A DNA stretch of 64,000 bases from Bacteroidia bacterium (GTDB taxonomy: Bacteria; Bacteroidota; Bacteroidia; NS11-12g; UBA955). The first letter of the stretch is position 1. Each line of letters begins with the position of its first letter. Below, piece by piece: positions 52,288 through 59,795 of the stretch. The stretch covers positions 64,772 to 128,771 of the forward strand of contig JAMNXP010000004.1 in assembly GCA_023653095.1 (NCBI GenBank). Direction: 5' to 3'. Under the pieces are notes generated by a model. That model saw only the letters and a program-made list of their open reading frames with translations. It searched no databases and was not told where the DNA came from. The translations under genes were made by a program, and so were the position numbers.

Positions 52288-52962
52288 ATGAGAAAAATTC
52301 TATTTGGTTTGGCTCTGGCCATTGCGGGAACGACTGCGGCGCAGAATTACAATCCCAACTCAAAAAACACCCTTGAGGTCAATATCAACCTTCAAACAGG
52401 CACCAGCCCTATAAGCTTCGATGCTCCTAGCCTTCGCCTAAGAAGATTCATCAAAGACGATCTCGCTCTTAGAGCTTTGGTGGCCGTTTCCACATTCTCT
52501 AACACAGACCGTATTTATGATGCAGGCAATCGCGCCAATTTTGGCATCACCACACAGAACAACTGGAATTTCAACATTGGTGTGGGCGTAGAAAAACACA
52601 TAAAATCTACCGAAAAACTAAGCGCCTATATTGGTGGTCAAGTTATGTTCGCTACGGGTGGAGGATCATTTAAAGGAACCAACACCACCAACGGTTTCAA
52701 CTATGTCTCAGGAGGTGAATTTAAAAACTCTATTTCTGGGGGATTTGGATTCGGACTTATGGGCGTTTTTGGAGCAGACTACTATTTCACCAAAAACATC
52801 TACGTAGGAAGCGAAATCTCTTTCGGCTACACCTACCAATTCAACGGATATCAACTCAACTGGAATAATCAAACAAACACCGCCACCGAATCAAAACTCA
52901 CCACTTCCATGGGCCTCGGCATTGCCGTTAATCCAGGCGTGAGATTGGGTGTGAGGTTTTAG
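52288..52962 (+). CDS. outer-membrane beta-barrel (porin family) protein
   Basis: Signal peptide MRKILFGLALAIAGTTAAQ, Gly/aromatic strands, C-terminal RLGVRF. Confidence 0.7.
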   Translation: MRKILFGLALAIAGTTAAQNYNPNSKNTLEVNINLQTGTSPISFDAPSLRLRRFIKDDLALRALVAVSTFSNTDRIYDAGNRANFGITTQNNWNFNIGVGVEKHIKSTEKLSAYIGGQVMFATGGGSFKGTNTTNGFNYVSGGEFKNSISGGFGFGLMGVFGADYYFTKNIYVGSEISFGYTYQFNGYQLNWNNQTNTATESKLTTSMGLGIAVNPGVRLGVRF

Positions 52963-53207
52963 TCCTTGGTCCTTGGTCCTTGGTCCTTGGTCTTTGGTCG
53001 TTGGCTAACAGCTTTCAGCTGTCAGCGGGCAGCTATCAGCCGACAGCCGACAGCCGACAGCCGACAGCCGACAGCCGACAGCCGACAGCCGACAGCCGAC
53101 AGCCGACAGCCGACAGCCGACAGCCGACCACCGACCACCGACCACCGACCACCGACCACCGACCACCGACCACCGACCACCGAACACCGAACACCGATCA
53201 CCGGCTA
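52963..53207. repeat. composite heptanucleotide tandem-repeat element, locus B
   Basis: In order: TCCTTGG x4, then 2 variants, then CAGCNNN x4, then 12 perfect CCGACAG (53040-53123), 8 perfect CCGACCA (53124-53179), CCGAACA x2, CCGATCA and CCGGCTA. Phase is unbroken over 53009-53207. Spans stop to stop between convergent genes. Confidence 0.95.
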
Positions 53208-54212
53208 CCTCACAACTATTCCCCACTCCACAAAATCGGGTTCGTCAAAGATGAATTTGCGGCGAAAATGGGTTTTAAAACGGGTGCGCAACTCTACATG
53301 TTGTGACAATCGGTAATCTAAACCTAAGCCTTGATAAAACATGGGTTTGGTAGAGGTTATTGGGCGTAAAACGTAAAAGCCAATATCTGTTCGAAGAGCT
53401 ATTCGGCCCATCAATATGAGGTTTCCTGCTCGAAGGGTGACTTCTGAGTTTTGAGGATATTTGAGCTCTGTGGGTTGACCGTTTGATTTGTAAAAGTAGG
53501 TTGGATCCGTGATCCATTCCAAACCTACATCCCAAGCCCGACGATTGGTTTTTTGGAACCGATAGGCAGCGTCAAGATTCCAAATTAAGTGAGTGCGATT
53601 GTAAAGCAGGCTGTGTTGTCTAAGGCCGAGTTTTAGCCCCACGCTGAAGGGATAGGCAAAAAACTTCCGCTTCACTCTATATATAGGTTGGATTTTTCGT
53701 GATTTGGGCGAGAACACCAAACCAGCGAAGCCCATTCCTTGATTGAAATTGAGGCTTGGGAACCTACTATTGGCCGAATTAATGTTGAACAAACGGTAGC
53801 CCGCTTGAATGGCCAACGAAGACGAAATTCCGAGTTTGAAACCGGCTTCGGCTTCCGTTCTGATAGACGATTTTGTAGCAAATCCGTAGCTCAATTGTCC
53901 ATAAACGCCAAAAAGATCTGCGAATGCATAGGTGACACCAAAACGGGGAGAGATGTGTGCCACGGGAATCGGAGTTAATAAGTTCATATAGGTTCCGTAA
54001 CCCAATTCTACACCGAGGTAGGGTGTTAGAAATCGTTTTTTCTTCTTGGAAAATCCTTGTTGTCTTTCGAGGAAAGCTTCCCAATCGGCTCCCAATTTTA
54101 TAGCTGCAGAATTACCAGATGCAGCAGCTAGATTGATAAATAGGTCACGTTGTGAATCTAGGCGTAAAAACGTCCCCAGAATGAAAAAAAGTAGAGCAAA
54201 AAAAGGCTTCAT
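53205..54212 (-). CDS. outer-membrane beta-barrel-like hypothetical protein, last gene of XrtF operon
   Basis: Signal peptide. ATGA overlap with the upstream gene. Beta-strand patterning. No catalytic motif recognised. Confidence 0.55.
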   Translation of the reverse strand: MKPFFALLFFILGTFLRLDSQRDLFINLAAASGNSAAIKLGADWEAFLERQQGFSKKKKRFLTPYLGVELGYGTYMNLLTPIPVAHISPRFGVTYAFADLFGVYGQLSYGFATKSSIRTEAEAGFKLGISSSLAIQAGYRLFNINSANSRFPSLNFNQGMGFAGLVFSPKSRKIQPIYRVKRKFFAYPFSVGLKLGLRQHSLLYNRTHLIWNLDAAYRFQKTNRRAWDVGLEWITDPTYFYKSNGQPTELKYPQNSEVTLRAGNLILMGRIALRTDIGFYVLRPITSTKPMFYQGLGLDYRLSQHVELRTRFKTHFRRKFIFDEPDFVEWGIVVR

Positions 54213-54652
54213 GACTGACCTTCTTTAGCGGCAAAATAATTGGCGTAAAGAAAGAAGAAAACCGAATATAACGGCGAGGCAATTAGCCCGATAATATTGT
54301 TATAAATGGCTTGAAGGGATGATATTTCAAAGGCAAATTGCCTAAAAAAACCAATCAATAGACAAACTATGTCTAGGGCAGCTAGGAAAACCCAAAACTG
54401 CATAGGATAGGTGCCCTTGAGGGACTTTTTAAGGTGCAAATAATTTATAATTGCAATAGAATAGACCGCTATCTCTCTGACTAAAAATCGAATAGGACCA
54501 GATTTAAACAAGCCTCCATCCCAAATAGATTGAAGAATGAATTTTTGATTGACATAGTAATAGGCAATATAAATGACCCAAGACGCCGCGAACCAAGGAA
54601 AGTACCGGAGAAACTTCTGGGTTAGGCTCTTCTCTTGAGGTAAATCAACCAT
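54209..54652 (-). CDS. exosortase F system-associated membrane protein (tentative)
   Basis: About 147 aa with 4 TM helices, immediately after and overlapping the xrtF-like gene. Start taken at ATG 54652; the long 221-aa ORF is an upstream in-frame extension. Confidence 0.55.
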   Translation of the reverse strand: MVDLPQEKSLTQKFLRYFPWFAASWVIYIAYYYVNQKFILQSIWDGGLFKSGPIRFLVREIAVYSIAIINYLHLKKSLKGTYPMQFWVFLAALDIVCLLIGFFRQFAFEISSLQAIYNNIIGLIASPLYSVFFFLYANYFAAKEGQS

Positions 54653-55161
54653 AGGGCAAACATAATGAGATAAACTACGATTTGGAAGACTGTTTTGTGA
54701 AAGAATTCGAAACTCTTGGGGTCCCAAGTGATGATTTGGAGCAACAAAGAAACCCTTAATACGTTGGTTCCGAATAAAATGATGACACCAATGATAGAGT
54801 AAAGTGCTTTTCTTTTCCAGGGGATATCTGGGAAGATTAAGATAAAAGCCACGTAAAGATAAAAAATATCCCATCCGTTACAGGGCCACCCAATGAATAT
54901 TCTACCCACCGAATCTTTGACGTTGTAACAAACGTAGTTGGTTGCGCCATAATGTTCACCGTAAATCTTGGAAGGTTCACCCGAAATAAATGCAGATACC
55001 CTTCCGCTGGCAGAAGCCAATATTCGGGTGAAGAAATTCTGCACTTCATAGTGATCTGCAATGAAGATCCAGCCAAAAATAGCAATGATGGCATTGCGAA
55101 GAAACAGTTTTTGTTCTCTCGAAAGCTGAGGAAGATTATTCAGAAGAGCCATTTCAGGCAA
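54622..55161 (-). CDS. xrtF: exosortase family protein, XrtF-like
   Basis: 179-aa polytopic protein with ordered Cys (GWPCNGWD), Arg (NVLRV) and His (FFHK) motifs, as in exosortase/archaeosortase active sites. Size and taxon fit XrtF. Confidence 0.65.
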   Translation of the reverse strand: MPEMALLNNLPQLSREQKLFLRNAIIAIFGWIFIADHYEVQNFFTRILASASGRVSAFISGEPSKIYGEHYGATNYVCYNVKDSVGRIFIGWPCNGWDIFYLYVAFILIFPDIPWKRKALYSIIGVIILFGTNVLRVSLLLQIITWDPKSFEFFHKTVFQIVVYLIMFALWLIYLKRRA

Positions 55162-55167
55162 AGTTAC

Positions 55168-55620
55168 CTAACCGGGAAATAACTCTTGCAATTTTTTGTA
55201 TCGGTAATCAAAAATATTCTTAACCTTGGCATGCACAAACAAAGCTCCAGCAATGTCACCCAAGATACTTTTTCCGATATCGTAGTGCAGAATATCAGTC
55301 ATTTTTACCCCGCCCTCAACTTCCTCGAAGTGGTGTTCGTGGTGCCATATATTGTAGGGACCTTTGCGCTGCTCATCTACAAAAAACTGCCTATCTTTAA
55401 TGTGTGTGATCTCGGTACACCAATCCATCTGAATGCCCAAAAGCGGACTAATCTTGTAGGTAATAAACAAACCCTCATACATCTTCTCTGGCACTTTCGA
55501 AGTGATTTTGAAGGTCATATCTTCAGGGGTAATTTCGTTCAAGTTCTTAGGCGACGAAAAAAAGTCCCATGCCAAATCGAGGCTGATGGGCAGAATTTGT
55601 TCGGTATATATTCTTCTCAC
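55168..55620 (-). CDS. SRPBCC (START/polyketide-cyclase-like) ligand-binding family protein
   Basis: 150 aa. Typical N-terminal pattern (...PISLDLAWDFFSSPKNLNEITP). Lies 6 nt upstream of xrtF. Confidence 0.6.
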   Translation of the reverse strand: MRRIYTEQILPISLDLAWDFFSSPKNLNEITPEDMTFKITSKVPEKMYEGLFITYKISPLLGIQMDWCTEITHIKDRQFFVDEQRKGPYNIWHHEHHFEEVEGGVKMTDILHYDIGKSILGDIAGALFVHAKVKNIFDYRYKKLQELFPG

Positions 55621-55657
55621 GTTAAACTAACAAATGTTAGTGGGTTTGGTTTTTATT

Positions 55658-55950
55658 TCAGCCATCAGTAGTCAGCTGTCAGCACTCAGCACTCAGCGGT
55701 CGGCGGTCAGCTTTCAGCGATCAGCGGGCAGCGGTCAGCGGTCTGCGGTCAGCGATCAGCACTCAGCACTCAGCACTCAGCCGTCAGCCGTCAGCGGTCT
55801 GCGGTCAGCTTTCAGCGGTGGCTATGCCGAAAAGCTGCACCGAAGGTGCCAAGCAACGCAAAGGGCAAGTCCTAGCGAAGCGTGAGTCCCATAGTCACAG
55901 ACAAAGCCATCAGCCAAGGACCAAGGACCAAAGACTAAAAACTAAGGTCT
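55658..55950. repeat. composite heptanucleotide tandem-repeat element, locus C
   Basis: 23 in-phase TCAGCNN units (55658-55818), a core with GCACC-GAA-GGTGC (55837-55849) and GCGAAGC (55875-55881) hairpins, then AAGGACC-type units (55916-55950) running into the stop codon of the next gene. Confidence 0.95.
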
Positions 55951-56613
55951 CATGACCGACATCAGTTTCAACTGCTCTCTAGCGATGTCGTTCCAGCGGT
56001 GCTCATCTGGGGTGGCGTGCCACCATAAATCGATCATATGTCCCTCGTAAAAAACGATGTATCTGCGCCCTGTGATGACGGTTTTCTTGACGAGTTTGAG
56101 CATTTCATTGTTGTAGATTTCACATTTGACGGTGTAACTCAACGCGGGCCGACCCCAAAGACTGTCGCATTCCAAAAAGCCAAGTTCTACATTTTTATAG
56201 GCATTCTGGAGGGCCGCCATGTGCTTGGCTTGACTGTCAGCGCCAAACTTGAAAACAATATTGGAAATAGTGTCGTTCTTGATATCTTTCAGGAACTGCG
56301 CATGAGTGGCATCACTCCAGGTGCGAGGAACGGGAAAGTAAATGCGCATTTCGAAGTGTGTTGCTTGCGCATCAAAATCATTGACGCCTTTGCTTTTGTG
56401 CTTGAAGAAAAACCCACGCGGATTCACCTGATTGACTGTTTGGATGTGCGGATGCACCGATTTCATCTGCAACAGGGGAGCTGGAGTTTCAACTTGCGCT
56501 TTACTCTTGCTTGGGGATTCTTCTGCAGGTGGCAATTTCCCGTACTGTGCCCATGCTAAATTAGTCAACATAAAAAAAGCCGCCAAGAATCTCAGAGATT
56601 TCATTGGCGGCAA
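55942..56613 (-). CDS. secreted hypothetical protein
   Basis: Signal peptide MKSLRFLAAFFMLTNLAWAQ. No recognised domain. Confidence 0.55.
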   Translation of the reverse strand: MPPMKSLRFLAAFFMLTNLAWAQYGKLPPAEESPSKSKAQVETPAPLLQMKSVHPHIQTVNQVNPRGFFFKHKSKGVNDFDAQATHFEMRIYFPVPRTWSDATHAQFLKDIKNDTISNIVFKFGADSQAKHMAALQNAYKNVELGFLECDSLWGRPALSYTVKCEIYNNEMLKLVKKTVITGRRYIVFYEGHMIDLWWHATPDEHRWNDIAREQLKLMSVMRP

Positions 56614-56629
56614 AGATAATGTACTACTA

Positions 56630-56783
56630 TCAGCTTTCAGCGGACAGCCGTCAGCGGTCAGCCTTCAGCGGTCAGCTTTCAGCGGTCAGTCGTCAGCGAT
56701 CAGCCGTCAGCCGTCAGCCATCAGCTGAAAGCTGATAGCCCTCTAAACTCTTAACTCTAAACTCTTAACTCTCCCCTCTACTC
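56630..56783. repeat. composite heptanucleotide tandem-repeat element, locus D
   Basis: 14 in-phase TCAGCNN units (56630-56727), a 7-bp-stem hairpin ATCAGCT-GAA-AGCTGAT (56720-56736), then six TCTNNNC units (56742-56783: TCTAAAC TCTTAAC TCTAAAC TCTTAAC TCTCCCC TCTACTC). Confidence 0.95.
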
Positions 56784-57137
56784 CCCCCTGGTCAGACTCA
56801 CATATCCATGCCTCGTCCACTGACTCATGATCTCGCACTCTGCCGGCGTGAGGCTCAGCGTTTCAGTTAGTTCACCAGTAATTCCGTTAGCGAAGATGGT
56901 GCCAATGGTATCAATCTCCCATCGAAGCATGAGCCGGTCCCAATGAAGACTTCCTTCGCACACCAACACCCCCGATGGGCGATAAAAATGTGCAATGATA
57001 ACCTCCTCACCTCCGCCCTCTCCGCCATTATTTCGGTCCTTTGGCGGACGCGTCCCTCCACCACCTCTGTCTTTTTCGGGGGATGTTTTTTCGGGGGATG
57101 TTTTGACGGCGATTGTTTCTAAGGTGGACATTGGCAT
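56778..57137 (-). CDS. orphan hypothetical protein, GC-rich relative to surroundings
   Basis: 119-aa ORF with a low-complexity Gly/charged N-terminus, including a 15-nt perfect tandem duplication (57075-57104, KTSPE x2). Coding status unproven. Confidence 0.4.
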   Translation of the reverse strand: MPMSTLETIAVKTSPEKTSPEKDRGGGGTRPPKDRNNGGEGGGEEVIIAHFYRPSGVLVCEGSLHWDRLMLRWEIDTIGTIFANGITGELTETLSLTPAECEIMSQWTRHGYVSLTRGE

Positions 57138-57198
57138 CCAAAATTACAATGGAAAACTTCAAATCATATAATGTTTATTTTCAATTATTTAAACTTCG

Positions 57199-57254
57199 AT
57201 TTTACATGTTTAGAATATTTCACTTTACATATTTGGAGTTTTCTACTTTACAAT
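57199..57254. repeat. three phased copies of a CTTTACA-type motif (23-nt period)
   Basis: TTTACA cores at 57201, 57224 and 57247 (ATTTTACATG, CACTTTACAT, TACTTTACAA), in the AT-rich spacer between the orphan ORF start and the endonuclease stop. Confidence 0.6.
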
Positions 57255-57294
57255 TTTTTAGAGAGTCTTATTGGTACATTTTGATTGATGATAA

Positions 57295-58371
57295 TTACAT
57301 AAATCTTATTTGAAGATTCAATTTGAAATAAAAATTCCCGTTTTCCTGATAGATTTTTCCAAAGTTGTATCTTGAAGTACTGGGTGTTTCAAGACGGGAA
57401 TTATTAAATAGGTAATTTTCAAACTCATTTTTGTGGTAAATATGATAACAAAGAACGTCACCTGTTTCTTTTACAACTAAATAACCGCCGTTTGCCTGAT
57501 AGTTGCCGTCCCACACCTTACTTGGGGTCATTCCCAACGCGACATCAGTTAAAAACTTCTTCATTTTATACGCATAGAATGAATGAGAATACCTGTTGTC
57601 GTATCCCAATGGATTACTAATGGCTATTTTCTCACAGATCTCTACAAGGTTCTTGTTATTGTATTTATATCCAAATATCAATAATTCCGCAATGATGTCG
57701 GGCAACCTACTATCAATCAAAATTAAATTATTTTCAAAAATTGGCTCTTCAATTCTGACAAATTCTAGGTAACCACCAACTTGATAAATTTGATTAACTC
57801 GATCAACAACTTTTGATTTCGTTTCGATAAAATTTATATCAAATAAATTATTCAGATCTTGAATATTATGACAAACTTTAAAAATAAAATTAGTTCCATT
57901 TCCTGCATTCAACAATGTAGATTCACTACCTAATTTTGATTTTATACTAAATCCAAGATCAACATTTGACGATACATGTTGATCATAGACAACAATTCGT
58001 ATATCAGTCTTTGAGGTAGATTTTGCTTTCAGCGAATTACAATAAATTGAATCTAAAAATGATTGGATTTCGGGCAATATAAAGGCCCCATTTTCCTTCT
58101 TTATTGCGGCAAGCAATTTTCCAGCTTGTTCTGAAAATACGGCTACATTTATTTTTAATGGTGCTTTTTCATTTCCAGAAATCAAAACAATCTCTCCATC
58201 TATTTCATACTCAAAATTTCCACCACTCTCCTCCCTAATAATCTTAATAATTGGATAAAAAATTTCTTCTACTCTATTTAAATTACCATCACCCAATAAC
58301 AATTCACCATCACCCAATAACTTTAAAAGTGTATAAATTTCACTCCATTCACCTTTGTTTCCCTTTAGCAT
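57295..58371 (-). CDS. HpaII family type II restriction endonuclease
   Basis: 358 aa. The N-terminus MLKGNKGEWSEIYTLLKLLGDGEL matches the characteristic start of the HpaII REase family. ATG overlaps the methyltransferase stop (ATGCTAA). Confidence 0.75.
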   Translation of the reverse strand: MLKGNKGEWSEIYTLLKLLGDGELLLGDGNLNRVEEIFYPIIKIIREESGGNFEYEIDGEIVLISGNEKAPLKINVAVFSEQAGKLLAAIKKENGAFILPEIQSFLDSIYCNSLKAKSTSKTDIRIVVYDQHVSSNVDLGFSIKSKLGSESTLLNAGNGTNFIFKVCHNIQDLNNLFDINFIETKSKVVDRVNQIYQVGGYLEFVRIEEPIFENNLILIDSRLPDIIAELLIFGYKYNNKNLVEICEKIAISNPLGYDNRYSHSFYAYKMKKFLTDVALGMTPSKVWDGNYQANGGYLVVKETGDVLCYHIYHKNEFENYLFNNSRLETPSTSRYNFGKIYQENGNFYFKLNLQIRFM

Positions 58372-59672
58372 AATTCTAACTTTCTTAAAATTTCAAAAGC
58401 CGTTGCTCGAATTGCTGGAACTGCGACAGAATTACCAAATTGTTTATACGCACTTGCATCAGAAACAGGTATAATAAAATTATCAGGAAAACCTTGAAGT
58501 CTAGCCCATTCACGAGGAGTCATTTTTCTGATACCTAATTTATTTACTTCTCCTTTGATTTTTGTTGTTGGAGTAAAGTCAGTAATTCGATCATCTACAA
58601 CCAAATTCCTTTCTCTTCCCATTCCGCCGCATACAACAGCATTCGCCACCTCCAGATCACCTATAATCTGATATCCAAATCCATTTCCTTTCTCCTCATG
58701 CCGCTTCTTATGATTTTCTAATGTCCATAAATATTGCGTTGACAAGTAATACCTAGTATCAACTGGCTTCGATTCCCTTATATCTATAAAGCTCAACCGA
58801 TCTGAATATGGTTCTGGGTAACGAAAAAATTCATCCTTAATATAATTCTTGTGAAAAGCAACGATATAAATTCTTTCTCTGTTTTGAGGAACTCCATAAT
58901 CCCTAGCATTTATTATTTGAGGATCGGGAACATAATAATTCAAATCCTCTCTGAGTACATTCAAAATAGTCGCCAAGGTCTTACCCTTATCATGATTTCT
59001 TAATCCCTTGACATTTTCCAGAAAAACTGCTTTGGGTCTTTTTCTTCTAATGATTTCAGCAACATCAAAAAATAAAGTCCCTCTAGTATCTTCGAACCCT
59101 CCTCTTCGCCCAGCAATAGAAAATGCTTGACAGGGAAAACCTGCACATAAAACATCAAAATCATCAGGAATTTCTGATTTATTTGCTTCATCGGTTATAT
59201 CACCAAATGGAATATCTCCGAAATTATTGAAATAGGTTTTTTGAGCGTCAGTATCCCATTCACTTGAATATACACAATCTCCGCCCAATGATTGAAGTGC
59301 CAACCTAAAACCACCAATTCCGGCAAATAAATCAATAAATCTGAATTTAGGTTGTAAATCTTTTTGAAAAGGTAAATTTCGCAAAACGCATTGTAATTCA
59401 AAATAAAAATCCACTATGTTTAACTGAGGTTTAATTTGAGATAAAAGAATAATATCATTTTGAATGTCTCTACTTAGTTGTTCAAAAGATAAATTAATTT
59501 TCCTTCCGATAACATGAGTTATCCTCGCCAATTTCTGATTGATTACTTCTTTATCATTTGCAAATATTTTATTAGTCTTATTCGAAAACAAATCGTTTGC
59601 AGTCAACAGAATATTGCAACCATTTTCATATTCCACTAATTTGTCCCGAACAACATGCTTCTTTTGACCCAT
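58365..59672 (-). CDS. DNA (cytosine-5)-methyltransferase with roughly 100-aa N-terminal extension
   Basis: Motif I FRFIDLFAGIGGF, IV GFPCQAFS, VI ENVKGL, VIII QNRERIYIV, X QFGNSVAVP. ATG at 59672; an alternative TTG at 59705. Confidence 0.95.
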   Translation of the reverse strand: MGQKKHVVRDKLVEYENGCNILLTANDLFSNKTNKIFANDKEVINQKLARITHVIGRKINLSFEQLSRDIQNDIILLSQIKPQLNIVDFYFELQCVLRNLPFQKDLQPKFRFIDLFAGIGGFRLALQSLGGDCVYSSEWDTDAQKTYFNNFGDIPFGDITDEANKSEIPDDFDVLCAGFPCQAFSIAGRRGGFEDTRGTLFFDVAEIIRRKRPKAVFLENVKGLRNHDKGKTLATILNVLREDLNYYVPDPQIINARDYGVPQNRERIYIVAFHKNYIKDEFFRYPEPYSDRLSFIDIRESKPVDTRYYLSTQYLWTLENHKKRHEEKGNGFGYQIIGDLEVANAVVCGGMGRERNLVVDDRITDFTPTTKIKGEVNKLGIRKMTPREWARLQGFPDNFIIPVSDASAYKQFGNSVAVPAIRATAFEILRKLELC

Positions 59673-59795
59673 ATAATTTTCTATTACAAATACTTGATTG
59701 TTCAAAAATAAGAGGTCATTTCTTTAAAACTATGGTAAACAAACATAAATAAATCCATTTGTTTTGCACTTTATACAACTACATCACCAACTAGC

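Noticed and set aside
52966-53316. ORFs 52966..53316 (+), 52980..53306 (+) and 53005..53226 (-), encoding PTADSRQ / PPTTDHR / GGRWSVV repeats
   Set aside because: They are read-throughs of the 7-nt tandem arrays in three different frames and strands. A 7-nt period gives a 7-aa periodic translation in any frame. There is no start context, and they overlap a well-supported convergent gene end.
54209-54874. 221-aa ORF overlapping the xrtF-like gene by 250 nt
   Set aside because: The upstream 74 codons lie inside the xrtF coding region in another frame and look non-protein-like. The internal ATG at 54652 gives the expected small 4-TM partner.
55186-56559. Long antisense ORFs such as 55186..55671 (+) and 56038..56559 (+). 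Others of the same kind: 14510..15106 (-), 1843..2322 (-), 24503..24937 (+), 47584..48006 (+), 49787..50218 (+)
   Set aside because: Each lies wholly antisense to a gene with strong motif support, and each has a low-complexity or odd composition. They are treated as shadow ORFs.
55634-56728. ORFs 55634..55885 (+) and 56432..56728 (+), rich in SAVS/QRSA repeats
   Set aside because: Same artefact as above: translation of TCAGCNN heptamer arrays. The second ORF is also antisense to the 55942..56613 gene.
59737-59764. Inverted repeat AAACAAA-N14-TTTGTTT in the divergent promoter region between the MTase and HNH-HIT genes, as a possible operator
   Set aside because: The arms are only 7 bp and almost pure A/T in an AT-rich spacer, so a chance occurrence is likely. 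Noted, but not called as a feature.
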